64,000 bases of DNA from Streptosporangiaceae bacterium (lineage in GTDB: Bacteria > Actinomycetota > Actinomycetes > Streptosporangiales > Streptosporangiaceae). Each line of letters starts with the position of its first letter. The stretch's first letter is position 1. The notes beneath the pieces were generated by a model. That model had not been told where the DNA came from, ran no database searches, and saw only the letters and a program-made list of their open reading frames with translations. Below, in pieces: positions 55,839 to 64,000 of the stretch. Location: assembly GCA_036510065.1 (NCBI GenBank), contig DATCEO010000112.1, positions 66,720-130,719 of the forward strand, given 5' to 3'. Both the position numbers and the translations under genes were made by a program.

Positions 55839-57026
55839 TTACTCGTGGTCGGGCTGGACGGGCACGTTCTGGTGAGCCGCCTGCTCGTGAGGCGCCTGCT
55901 CGGGCGCCGCCTGCTCGGGCGCCGCCTGCTCGGGCGCCGCCTGCTCGTGCGCTGCCTGCTCGTGCGCTGCCTGCTCGGGCGCCCCCTGCTCGTGAGCGTG
56001 CTCGCCGCCCCCGAACGGCACGACGTCCTCCGGGAACTGCGGCGTCGTGGCGGGCGCCTGCACGCCCGGCGGACGGTCGTTGTAGGTCACCTCGACCTGC
56101 TGCTCCGGGCGGCGCTGGTTCTGCAGCGCCTGCAGGGCCATGCTCGCCCGGTCGGCCTCGGTCAGCGGCGGCTGCACCATGGCGCGCGGCCACAGCCGCC
56201 AGGCCAGCACAGTGTTCAGCTCGGCCGCATACACGGTGACCTCGACGCCGAGGTACACCCAGGCCAGCAGGGCGAGCACGGTCGCGAAGATGCCGTACAC
56301 CGCGGCGGTGCGCAGCGAGTGGTGCACCAGGATCGCGCCGAGCTCCTGCAGCACGGTCCAGGCCACGCCCCCCGCGATGGCTCCGGGCACCAGCCGCCGC
56401 AGCTCGATGGCCTTGGGCGTCAGCACCCGGAAGGCAACCAGGTAGATGCCCGCGTTCGCCACCGCGGACAGGATCTCGGCCACGACGGTAACCAGCACCG
56501 CGTGGCGCTCGAAGGAGATCAGGGCGGCCAGCAGGGTAGTGGCCAGGACACCGAGTCCGAGCACGCCCATGAACAGGGCCGCCCGGCCGAGCCGGGGAAA
56601 GTAGCCCACCCGGGCCGGCCCGGGGAGATTCCACACCTGCTGCATGGTGAAGATGCCCGCCTGCGCCAGCCGGGTGGTGCCCCAGATCAGCACGGCGATG
56701 CCGGTGATCAGGCCGATGATGCTAGACCGGCGCAGCTGGTGCACGTTCCCGGTGAGCTGCGCGCTCATCACCGGGACCTGTTTCGCCACGGCCTGCAGGG
56801 CCTCATGCTGGATGCCAGGGTCGGACGAGGCGACGAGGCCGAGGATCGTGGCCAGGATGAGCAGCAGCGGGAACAGGGACACGAAGCCCGCGTAGGCCAT
56901 GTTGGACACCAGCACCCCGCCGTTGTCGTCGCCGAACTTCTTGATGACGCCGAAGACAAAGCCCGCGATGCGGTTGTGCTGCTGAACCTGGTCCACCTTG
57001 CGGACCACGGCCTCAATCGGGTTCAT
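55839..57026 (-). CDS. YihY/BrkB (virulence factor BrkB) family membrane protein with a C-terminal pentapeptide-repeat tail
   Basis: NGGVLVSNMAYAGFVSLFPLLLI and six TM segments. The C-terminus reads HEQGAPEQAAHEQAAHEQAAPEQAAPEQAAPEQAPHEQAAH. Confidence 0.85.
   Translation of the reverse strand: MNPIEAVVRKVDQVQQHNRIAGFVFGVIKKFGDDNGGVLVSNMAYAGFVSLFPLLLILATILGLVASSDPGIQHEALQAVAKQVPVMSAQLTGNVHQLRRSSIIGLITGIAVLIWGTTRLAQAGIFTMQQVWNLPGPARVGYFPRLGRAALFMGVLGLGVLATTLLAALISFERHAVLVTVVAEILSAVANAGIYLVAFRVLTPKAIELRRLVPGAIAGGVAWTVLQELGAILVHHSLRTAAVYGIFATVLALLAWVYLGVEVTVYAAELNTVLAWRLWPRAMVQPPLTEADRASMALQALQNQRRPEQQVEVTYNDRPPGVQAPATTPQFPEDVVPFGGGEHAHEQGAPEQAAHEQAAHEQAAPEQAAPEQAAPEQAPHEQAAHQNVPVQPDHE
55876..55995. 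repeat. eight tandem 15-bp units (consensus GCCGCCTGCTCGGGC) inside the yihY-like 3' end
   Basis: Read directly. Encodes the (H/P)EQAA repeats on the minus strand. Confidence 0.9.
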
Positions 57027-57176
57027 CCGCGCCCGCCCTCCCTGGTGTGCCCCTCGCGATGCCCGGGGACAGGCCTGCTAAACAACTGCGATGCTCGCCG
57101 GGTAGCGACAGCTGAGCGGCCGTGACCGGGGCGGGTAGGGTTAATTGGTGTCGTCAACAGGAGAGGTCCAGACGCT

Positions 57177-58763
57177 GTGAGTACGTCGGCCCAGCTGCCC
57201 GATGCCCCGCCGGAGCCGGACGGGCGGGACGAGGGCAGCGCCGCCACTGCGGGCTGGCCGGAAGGACAGGGCGGCTACAACTTCGTCGTCGTCGCCAGCC
57301 GGCTGCCCGTCGACCGGGTGGAGACTCCCGCCGGCGACGTCGAGTGGCGGGCCAGCCCCGGCGGGCTGGTAGCGGCGCTGGAGCCGGTGGTCCAGGAGGC
57401 GAAGGGCGCGTGGGTGGGCTGGCCCGGCGACGCCGGGGTCGCCCCGGAGCCGTTCGATTCGGAGGGCATGCACCTGGTGGGCGTTGGCCTGTCGGCCGAC
57501 GAGGTGCGCGATTTCTACGAGGGGTTCTGCAACGCCACGCTCTGGCCGCTGTATCACGACGTCATCGCGCCGCCGGAGTTCCGCCGCCCATGGTGGGAAG
57601 CTTACGTGGCGGTCAACCGGCGCTTTGCCGAGGCCGCGGCCGCCCAGGCCGCTCCCGGCGCGACCGTCTGGGTGCACGACTACCAGCTGCAGCTGGTGCC
57701 CGGCATGCTGCGCGAGATGCGCAGCGACGTGCGCATCGGCTTCTTCAACCACATCCCCTTCCCCGGCTACGAGATCTTCGCCCAGCTGCCGTGGCGCCGG
57801 CAGATCGTCACCGGGCTGCTGGGCGCCGACCTGGTGGGCTTCCAGCGCCAGGGTGATACGGCCAACTTCCTGCGCGCCTGCCGCCGGGCGGCCGGGCTGA
57901 CGACCCGCGGCTCCCTGGTCCGCGTCCGGGACGCGGCCGCCGATGACGCCGACGGCCGGCAGGTCCGTGCGGCGGCCTTCCCGATCTCGATCGACACGGC
58001 CGCCTACGAGAAGCTGGCCTGCCGGGAGGATGTCCGGGCGCGGGCGCGGGAGATCCGTGAGGCACTGGGCAAGCCCAGCCTCGTGCTGCTCGGCGTCGAC
58101 CGCCTCGACTACACCAAGGGCATCCTGCACCGGCTGACCGCCTACGGCGAGGTCCTGGACGAGGGCCGCCTCGGCGTGCCGGAGGCGGTCCTGGTGCTGG
58201 TGGCCAGCCCCAGCCGGGAACGGGTCGAGCAGTACCGCCTGCTGCGAGACGAGGTGGAGGTAACGGTCGGCCGGATCAACGGCGAGCACGCCGAGCTGGG
58301 CAATCCTCCGGTGCAGTACCTGCACCAGTCCTACCCCCGCGAGGAAATGGCGGCGCTGTTCCTGGCCGCGGACGTGATGCTGGTGACCTCGCTGCGGGAC
58401 GGGATGAACCTGGTCGCCAAGGAGTACGTAGCCTGCCGCAGCGACGAGACCGGCGCGCTGGTGCTGAGCGAGTTCACCGGGGCGGCCGACGAGCTGAACG
58501 GCGCCTTCCTGGTGAACCCGCACGACATCGAGGGCCTCAAGGACACCATCGTGCGCGCGGCCACGGTGCCGCCCGCCGAGGCGCGCCGGCGGATGCGCTC
58601 CATGCGCCGCCGGGTCCGCGAGCACGACGTCGCCTACTGGGCCGCGAGCTTCCTGCGCGCGCTGGAGAAGTCGCCCGACCACGTGCCAGGCCACGCTCCG
58701 GCAGGCACGGAACAGCTCGGCCCGGAAGTTCCAGGCACGGACCACTCAGGCACGGACCACTGA
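57177..58763 (+). CDS. otsA: alpha,alpha-trehalose-phosphate synthase
   Basis: GT20 motifs: FVVVASRLPV, GFCNATLWPLYHD, VWVHDYQLQLVP, LGVDRLDYTKGI, DGMNLVAKEYVA. Confidence 0.92.
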   Translation: MSTSAQLPDAPPEPDGRDEGSAATAGWPEGQGGYNFVVVASRLPVDRVETPAGDVEWRASPGGLVAALEPVVQEAKGAWVGWPGDAGVAPEPFDSEGMHLVGVGLSADEVRDFYEGFCNATLWPLYHDVIAPPEFRRPWWEAYVAVNRRFAEAAAAQAAPGATVWVHDYQLQLVPGMLREMRSDVRIGFFNHIPFPGYEIFAQLPWRRQIVTGLLGADLVGFQRQGDTANFLRACRRAAGLTTRGSLVRVRDAAADDADGRQVRAAAFPISIDTAAYEKLACREDVRARAREIREALGKPSLVLLGVDRLDYTKGILHRLTAYGEVLDEGRLGVPEAVLVLVASPSRERVEQYRLLRDEVEVTVGRINGEHAELGNPPVQYLHQSYPREEMAALFLAADVMLVTSLRDGMNLVAKEYVACRSDETGALVLSEFTGAADELNGAFLVNPHDIEGLKDTIVRAATVPPAEARRRMRSMRRRVREHDVAYWAASFLRALEKSPDHVPGHAPAGTEQLGPEVPGTDHSGTDH

Positions 58764-58789
58764 GGCACTGGGCACTCAGGCACGGGGCT

Positions 58790-59443
58790 CTAACTGCCGG
58801 GCAGGCCGAAGGCGTCGCGGGCGAACTCGGCGGCGAGGCGATGCCACCGCGCGGCCCCGCGCAGCATGGCGTGGTCGCCGCCCGGCACCGGCACGGTGGT
58901 CACCTGCGTGACGGCCCGGGCCCGCTCGGCGAACGCCCAGGTCTGAGCCGGGCTGGTCACTGTGTCGCGGTCGCCGTGCGCCAGCAGGACCCGTCGTCCG
59001 GCGAGCTGACCGACCGGCTCGCCCGGCGGCAGCCACGGCGCCAGCCCGGCCACCGCCCGCACCTGCGGGTGGCCCGCCGCGCGGAGGGCGGCACGCGCGC
59101 CCATCGAGTGGCCGATGAGCGCGACCGGCACGTCGCCCAGCCGCCGGGCCGCCTCGTCGAGCCACTGCTCCAGGTCGGCAACCGGTGACGCCAGCCCGGC
59201 GTTCCAGCCGCGGACCCGGAACCGCGGCCGGCAGACCGCGATCCCGCCGTCGGCCACGGCCCGCCGCACCGCCCGCGCCACCGGGATCATCCGCACCACG
59301 CTCAGCTGCAGCGGCGTGGTGGGCTCCGCGCTCACCGAGCGGCCGCCGTGCAGCACCACGACGAGCCCGCAGGGCCCGGCGCCGGCTCGCGCCGCCGCGT
59401 CGTCCTGGCCGCGGGCCCCGGCCTGCGGCCAGGCGCTGCTCAC
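58790..59443 (-). CDS. alpha/beta hydrolase
   Basis: VVLHGG... and the nucleophile elbow LIGHSMGARAAL, with a later GDRD...GGDH. Overlaps the upstream gene by 4 nt. Confidence 0.72.
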   Translation of the reverse strand: MSSAWPQAGARGQDDAAARAGAGPCGLVVVLHGGRSVSAEPTTPLQLSVVRMIPVARAVRRAVADGGIAVCRPRFRVRGWNAGLASPVADLEQWLDEAARRLGDVPVALIGHSMGARAALRAAGHPQVRAVAGLAPWLPPGEPVGQLAGRRVLLAHGDRDTVTSPAQTWAFAERARAVTQVTTVPVPGGDHAMLRGAARWHRLAAEFARDAFGLPGS

Positions 59444-59712
59444 TGCTGCCGCAGTCGCTTGCTCCGGGCCTGCAGCTCGTCGATGAGCTCGGACGCCTGC
59501 GCCTTGGACAGCCCCTCGGGCACGTCCGCCCCGGCCTCGCGGGCCAGCGTCCGCAGGTAAGACTCCTGCGGTGCGGTCATCGGCTCGTCACCGGTCACCC
59601 AGTCCTGCGGGTCTTTCTGCAGCGGCCCGCTGCTCCCGGCCGGCCCGTCGCTCCCGGCCGGCTCGCTGGCCTGCGCTGGTCCCTCATTGGCCTGCGCTGG
59701 TCCGTCGCTCAC
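59440..59712 (-). CDS. DUF3072 domain-containing protein
   Basis: DPQDWVTGDEPMTAPQESYLRTLAREAGADVPEGLSKAQASELIDELQ. Confidence 0.7.
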   Translation of the reverse strand: MSDGPAQANEGPAQASEPAGSDGPAGSSGPLQKDPQDWVTGDEPMTAPQESYLRTLAREAGADVPEGLSKAQASELIDELQARSKRLRQQ

Positions 59713-59786
59713 ACGCCCCTCCTCATTCGGTCAGCGCAGGGAGCTACCCGCCTGCCGCGCCAACCACGGTCTCCTCCGCGCCCCCC

Positions 59787-60977
59787 TTAGCGGTCCGTCC
59801 CGGACCCGGCTCCCAGGGTGCGGGTAAAGCCGGGCGGGATGACCACGTCATCGCGGGTCAGCTCGTGCACGGAGGAGCGCCCGAGGCCCAGGAGCGCGGA
59901 GTCGATCCCGCCGCGCAGGATGTCCAGCACATTCTCCACCCCGGCCTGGCCGTTGGCCGCCAGCCCCCACAGGTACGCGCGGCCGATCATGACCGCGCGG
60001 GCGCCCAGCGCCAGCGCCTTGACCACGTCACTGCCGCGCCGGATGCCGCCGTCGAGCAGCACCTCGACCTGGTCGCCTACCGCGTCGGCGACGGCGGGCA
60101 GCGCCCGGATCGTGGCCGGGGTGCCGTCCAGGTTGTTGCCGCCGTGGTTGGAGACGGAGATCGCGGTGACGCCCGCATCGACCGCCCGCCGGGCGTCGTC
60201 GACCCGGGTCACGCCCTTGAGCATGAACGGGCCGCCCCACTGCTCCCGCAGCCAGGCCACGTCCTCCCAGGTAGGCAGCGGCGCCTGCATCCACTCGCCG
60301 TACGCGCCGAAGAACGTCGGCGCCGCCTCGCCCGGCTTGGCCAGGTTCGGCGTGGTCAGGTCGGGCACCCAGCCGCCCCGCAGGTACTGCCACACCCAGC
60401 CCGGCCGGGTCACGGCCTGCGGCGCGAAGCGCATCATCGCCTGCAGGTCCATCTTCTCCGGGATGATCGGGCTGCCCCAGTCCCGGCCGTTGGAGAACGA
60501 CCAGTCCAGCGTCACGATCAGGCCGACCGTGCCGGCCCGCCGGGCGCGCTCCATCCGCTGCACGAGCACGTCGCGGGTGCCCATCCAGTACATCTGGAAG
60601 AAGGTCTGCGGGTTGGCCGCCGCCACTTCCTCGATCGGCTTGCTGGCGAACGAGCTCAGGCTCATGACGGTGCCCCGGGCCGCCGCCGCCCTGGCCACGG
60701 CTACCTCGCCGTCAGGGTGCACGGCCTGCACGCCGGTCGGCGAGATGATCACGGGCAGCGAGACCGGCTGTCCCAGCACGGTGGTCGCGAGCTCGCGCTT
60801 GGCCGACAGCCCGGCCACGTGCGGGGCGAACCCGAGCTCGGCGAAGGCCTGGACGTTGTCCCGGGCGGTCAGCCCTTTTTCCGAGCCGGCCACCAGGGCG
60901 CCGTAGACCGGGGCGGGCAGCCGCCTCCTGGCACGCCGCTGGGCCTCGGCTACCGTCTCGAACCACTTACTGGCCAT
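59787..60977 (-). CDS. FMN-dependent alpha-hydroxy-acid oxidising enzyme (LldD / pre-mycofactocin synthase MftD-like)
   Basis: ISPTGVQAVHPDGEVAVARAAA, FMLKGV, ISVSNHGGNNLDG, LLDGGIRRGSDVVKALALGA. Confidence 0.88.
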   Translation of the reverse strand: MASKWFETVAEAQRRARRRLPAPVYGALVAGSEKGLTARDNVQAFAELGFAPHVAGLSAKRELATTVLGQPVSLPVIISPTGVQAVHPDGEVAVARAAAARGTVMSLSSFASKPIEEVAAANPQTFFQMYWMGTRDVLVQRMERARRAGTVGLIVTLDWSFSNGRDWGSPIIPEKMDLQAMMRFAPQAVTRPGWVWQYLRGGWVPDLTTPNLAKPGEAAPTFFGAYGEWMQAPLPTWEDVAWLREQWGGPFMLKGVTRVDDARRAVDAGVTAISVSNHGGNNLDGTPATIRALPAVADAVGDQVEVLLDGGIRRGSDVVKALALGARAVMIGRAYLWGLAANGQAGVENVLDILRGGIDSALLGLGRSSVHELTRDDVVIPPGFTRTLGAGSGTDR

Positions 60978-61031
60978 CGGCTGTCCTCCTCGCGAGCGGT
61001 CAGGCCGACATCAGCGCCGCGCTAGCCGCCG

Positions 61032-61054
61032 TTATTGGCACACAGTGACAATAA
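61032..61054. promoter_or_regulatory. AT-rich 23-bp near-perfect palindrome TTATTGGCAC-ACA-GTGACAATAA
   Basis: Arms match 9/10. Lies in the divergent region between the LldD/MftD-like and GST genes and overlaps the ORF-track GTG start at 61045. Confidence 0.4.
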
Positions 61055-62214
61055 TGGCTGGCGGGCCGCATGCCAAGCTAGAGACCGGTCCGCTACGAGC
61101 CGGTCGCGGCAGGAGAATGAGGCAGGCTCAAGAAAGCGAGACAAGGGTGTCGGACACGGATCAGGCCGGCGGGACCGGTAACGGCGCGGGAGCGGGCCAG
61201 GCCGGGGCGGCCCAGCGGCAGGCCGGCGAGTTCACCCGCGATCAGCGCTACATCACCACCCGCATCACGGCCGACGGGCGCGACGGCTACCCGGTCGAGC
61301 CCGGCCGGTACCGGCTCATCGTCAGCCGCGCGTGCCCGTGGGCCAACCGGGCTAGCATCGTGCGCCGCCTGCTCGGGCTGGAGCACGCGCTGTCGATGGG
61401 CATCGCCGGGCCCGTGCACGACGCCCGGAGCTGGAGCTTCGACCTGGATCCCGGCGGCCGCGACCCGGTCCTGGGCATCGAGCGGCTACAGGAGGCCTAC
61501 GTCGCCCGCTACCCCGGCTACCGGCTCGGCATCACCGTCCCGGCCATCGTCGATATCACGACGGGCCAGGTCGTGACTAACGACTTCGCGCAGATCACCC
61601 TGGACTTGTCCACCCAGTGGAAGGCCTACCAGCGCGCGGGCGCGCCCGACCTGTACCCCGCCGGCCTGCGGGAACAGATCGACGAGATCGCCGAGCTGGT
61701 GTTCCGGGACGTGAACAACGGGGTCTACCAGGCGGGATTCGCGGGGTCGCAGCGGGCCTACGAGGCCGCCTACCGCCGGCTGTTTGCCCGGCTGGACTGG
61801 CTGTCCGCCCGGCTGGCGGGCCAGCGGTACCTGGTCGGCGACACGATCACCGAGGCCGACGTGCGGCTGTTCACCACGCTCGTCCGGTTCGACCCCGTGT
61901 ACCACGGTCATTTCAAGTGCAACCGGCAGAAGCTGGCCGAGCTGGCGGTGCTGTGGGCCTATGCCCGTGACCTGTTCCAGACGCCGGGATTCGGCGACAC
62001 CATCGACTTCGATCACATCAAGCGGCACTACTACCAGGTGCACCGCGACATCAACCCGACCGGGATCGTCCCGGCCGGCCCGGATCTGGCGGGCTGGCTG
62101 GCCCCGCACGGCCGGGAGGCGCTGGGCGGCCGCCCGTTCGGCAGCGGCACGCCCCCGGGACCGCCGCTGCCGGACGAGACGGTCCCGGCCGCGCACACGC
62201 CGCTGGCGGCATGA
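61045..62214 (+). CDS. Xi-class glutathione S-transferase / glutathionyl-hydroquinone reductase (YqjG/ECM4-like)
   Basis: GRYRLIVSRACPWANRASIVRRLLGLE (CPWA active site), VPAIVD, and a C-terminal GST domain. The true start is probably downstream (ATG 61054, ATG 61117 or GTG 61147). Confidence 0.82.
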   Translation: MTIMAGGPHAKLETGPLRAGRGRRMRQAQESETRVSDTDQAGGTGNGAGAGQAGAAQRQAGEFTRDQRYITTRITADGRDGYPVEPGRYRLIVSRACPWANRASIVRRLLGLEHALSMGIAGPVHDARSWSFDLDPGGRDPVLGIERLQEAYVARYPGYRLGITVPAIVDITTGQVVTNDFAQITLDLSTQWKAYQRAGAPDLYPAGLREQIDEIAELVFRDVNNGVYQAGFAGSQRAYEAAYRRLFARLDWLSARLAGQRYLVGDTITEADVRLFTTLVRFDPVYHGHFKCNRQKLAELAVLWAYARDLFQTPGFGDTIDFDHIKRHYYQVHRDINPTGIVPAGPDLAGWLAPHGREALGGRPFGSGTPPGPPLPDETVPAAHTPLAA

Positions 62215-62448
62215 GCCGCCGCCGGCTGCCCATCCCGTGATGATCAGGGCGACGGTAGGGCAGACGGCGCGGCGCGGTCCAATTCATCGGCGTTCGCACC
62301 GCCCCCGGACGGCCTCTGCCACCACGTGTTCGCCGTCGACCGGAAATTCTCCCGGCGCTGCGGCCCGGGGTGTCGATCTGGCGGCTCGCCGTTCGTGTAG
62401 GGGGTAAGAAGCCGGCCTCAGGCCGGCGACCATCCCCAGGAGGAACCG

Positions 62449-62805
62449 ATGACGCAGTACCTGCTGAGCGTTTATCAGCCCGACGGTCCCATTCCGCCGC
62501 CCGAGGTGCTTGGCCCGATGACGGCCGAGCTCGGCATCCTGAACGACGAGCTGCGGGCCGCGGGCGCGTGGGTCTTCTCCGGCGGGCTGCACCCGCCGGA
62601 GACCGCCACGGTGGTACGGCTCAAGGACGGTGACGTGCTGCTGACCGACGGCCCGTTCACCGAGGGCAAGGAGCACCTGGGCGGGTTCACGATCATCAGC
62701 GTGCCTGACCTGGACGCCGCGCTGGCCTGGGCCCGCCGCTTCACGAAGATCACCGGGCTGCCGACCGAAGTGCGGCCGTTCGCTGACCGCAGCCAGGGCC
62801 GCTAG
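62449..62805 (+). CDS. YciI/YCII (DGPF) family protein
   Basis: MTQYLLSVYQP...DGPFTEGKEHLGGFTIISVPDLDAALAWARR. Strong SD (CAGGAGGAACCG before ATG). Confidence 0.85.
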   Translation: MTQYLLSVYQPDGPIPPPEVLGPMTAELGILNDELRAAGAWVFSGGLHPPETATVVRLKDGDVLLTDGPFTEGKEHLGGFTIISVPDLDAALAWARRFTKITGLPTEVRPFADRSQGR

Positions 62806-62810
62806 CCGGC

Positions 62811-64000
62811 GTGCCGGCCGTCGGCGGCCCGCAGATCGCGCGGGTGTTCCGCGCGGAGTACGGCCGCGCGGTCGCCGCCCTGATCGGTGTCTTCGGTGAC
62901 GTCGACGTCGCCGAGGAGGCCGTCCAGGAGGCCTTTGCCGCAGCGGTGGCCCGGTGGCCGTCCCGGGGCATCCCGCCCAGCCCGGCCGGGTGGATCATCA
63001 CGACCGCCCGGCGCCGGGCGATTGACCGGCTGCGCCGCGAGGCCGCACGGCCGGACCGGCACGCTCAGGCCGCGCTGCTGCACGAGGGCGGGGAGCCAGC
63101 ACAGGAGGGGCCCGTGCGCGATGACCGGCTGCGGCTGATCTTTACCTGCTGTCATCCGGCCCTGGGCGGCGCCGCGCAGGTGGCGCTGACGCTGCGGCTG
63201 CTGGGCGGCCTGACCACCGCCGAGATCGCGCGGGCCTTCCTGGTGCCCGAGCCGACCATGGCCCAGCGGCTGGTCCGGGCCAAGGCGAAGATCCGCGCGG
63301 CGCGGATCCCGTACCGGGTCCCGGCGGAGGGCGAGCTGCCGGACCGGCTGCGGACCGTGCTCGCGGTGGTGTACCTCATCTTCAACGAGGGCTACACCGC
63401 GAGCTCGGGTGACCAGCTGGTCCGCCCGGATCTCTGCGCGGAGGCTATCCGGCTCGGGCGGGTCCTGGCCGAGCTGATGCCCGACGAGCCGGAGGTGACC
63501 GGCCTGCTGGCGCTCATGCTGCTCACCGAGTCGCGCCGGCCGGCTCGCACGACCGCCAGCGGCGGCCTGGTCCTGCTGGCCGAGCAGGACCGGGGCCGCT
63601 GGAACCAGGCGCTGATCGTAGAGGGCCAGGCCCTGGTCCGGCGCTGCCTGCGGCGCGGCCGCCCCGGGCCGTACCAGATTCAGGCGGCGATCAACGCCGT
63701 GCACAGCGATGCGCCGACCACCGCCGCCACCGACTGGCCGCAGATCCTGGCCCTCTACGACCAGCTCCTGGCCCTCGCGCCGAGCCCGGTAGCGGCGCTG
63801 AACCGGGCGGTGGCGGTGGCCGAGGTGCAGGGCCCCGCCGCGGCGCTGGAGCTCGTGGACGACCTGCGCCTGGATGGTTACTACGTGTTTCACGCCATCC
63901 GGGCGGACCTGCTCCGCCGGCTGGGCCGCGCCGCCGAGGCCGCGCTGTCCTACGACGCGGCCATCGCCTGCACCCAGAACGCCGCCGAGCGCGAGTTCCT
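62811..64000 (+). CDS. ECF sigma factor with C-terminal extension (ECF42-like), 3' end outside window
   Basis: Not in the ORF track because no stop is reached. Translating from GTG 62811 gives VFRAEYGRAVAALIGVFGDVDVAEEAVQEAF, WIITTARRRAIDRLRRE, LRLLGGLTTAEIARAFLVPEPTMAQRLVRAK and YLIFNEGY... This is colinear with the island sigma at 30469..31707. Confidence 0.85.
   Translation, partial: MPAVGGPQIARVFRAEYGRAVAALIGVFGDVDVAEEAVQEAFAAAVARWPSRGIPPSPAGWIITTARRRAIDRLRREAARPDRHAQAALLHEGGEPAQEGPVRDDRLRLIFTCCHPALGGAAQVALTLRLLGGLTTAEIARAFLVPEPTMAQRLVRAKAKIRAARIPYRVPAEGELPDRLRTVLAVVYLIFNEGYTASSGDQLVRPDLCAEAIRLGRVLAELMPDEPEVTGLLALMLLTESRRPARTTASGGLVLLAEQDRGRWNQALIVEGQALVRRCLRRGRPGPYQIQAAINAVHSDAPTTAATDWPQILALYDQLLALAPSPVAALNRAVAVAEVQGPAAALELVDDLRLDGYYVFHAIRADLLRRLGRAAEAALSYDAAIACTQNAAEREF

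Noticed and set aside
55876-55995. The tandem 15-bp repeat array as a CRISPR array.
   Set aside because: The units are contiguous with no spacers, in frame, and inside a coding region. This is a coding minisatellite.

Overview
This is a high-G+C, actinobacterial-type chromosomal segment. I read about 60 credible protein genes and recognised no rRNA, tRNA or CRISPR array. Many long ORFs in the six-frame track are antisense or out-of-frame GC artefacts and were ignored.

Core backbone genes:
- Left end: a cell-envelope glycan module (GT2 and a UDP-sugar dehydrogenase), a soluble MgtE-N/CBS protein coupled to DUF1003, a DrrAB-like ABC exporter, a small amidohydrolase/PPOX/NTF2 cluster, ilvD, and a LysR regulator with a class A beta-lactamase-like hydrolase.
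- Middle: a GntR(YtrA)-ABC operon with tandemly duplicated permeases.
- Right of the island: a second ABC-2 exporter whose large permease carries a lectin-like ectodomain, beside a HisKA_3 kinase and a frameshifted NarL-type regulator.
- Further right: a BluB-CobT fusion, a quinone oxidoreductase, a Rox-like FAD monooxygenase, an XRE-cupin/EamA pair, two VOC genes, CYTH-CHAD, dnaE, yihY-like, otsA, an LldD/MftD-like oxidase, a Xi-class GST, and a YciI + ECF42-like sigma pair that runs off the right edge.

The main accessory feature is a 16.2-kb mosaic island (20568-36734) bounded by 82-bp imperfect inverted repeats (70/82 identical). It contains:
- at least three Tn3-family transposase fragments;
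- two tyrosine recombinases, one without a start codon and one with compensating frameshifts;
- a prim-pol fragment;
- a degenerate group II intron reverse transcriptase split by a 4.9-kb TniA/TniB/resolvase transposon. This transposon is Tn552/Tn5053-like, has no TniQ, has TGTGA...TCACA ends, and is flanked by a CACGGGC direct repeat. It carries a VOC + TetR cassette;
- apparently intact cargo: a two-domain VOC protein, an ECF42-like sigma + YCII module (a second copy of the native module at 62.4-64 kb), and a TetR + aldo-keto reductase pair.

I did not recognise a clear novel defence-type system. The most unusual items are the TniQ-less transposon, the mobile sigma/YCII module, the ectodomain-bearing ABC permease with its kinase, and a duplicated translation-initiation/mini-uORF unit in front of bluB-cobT.

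All family calls rest on motif reading by eye. Start codons are approximate where noted.
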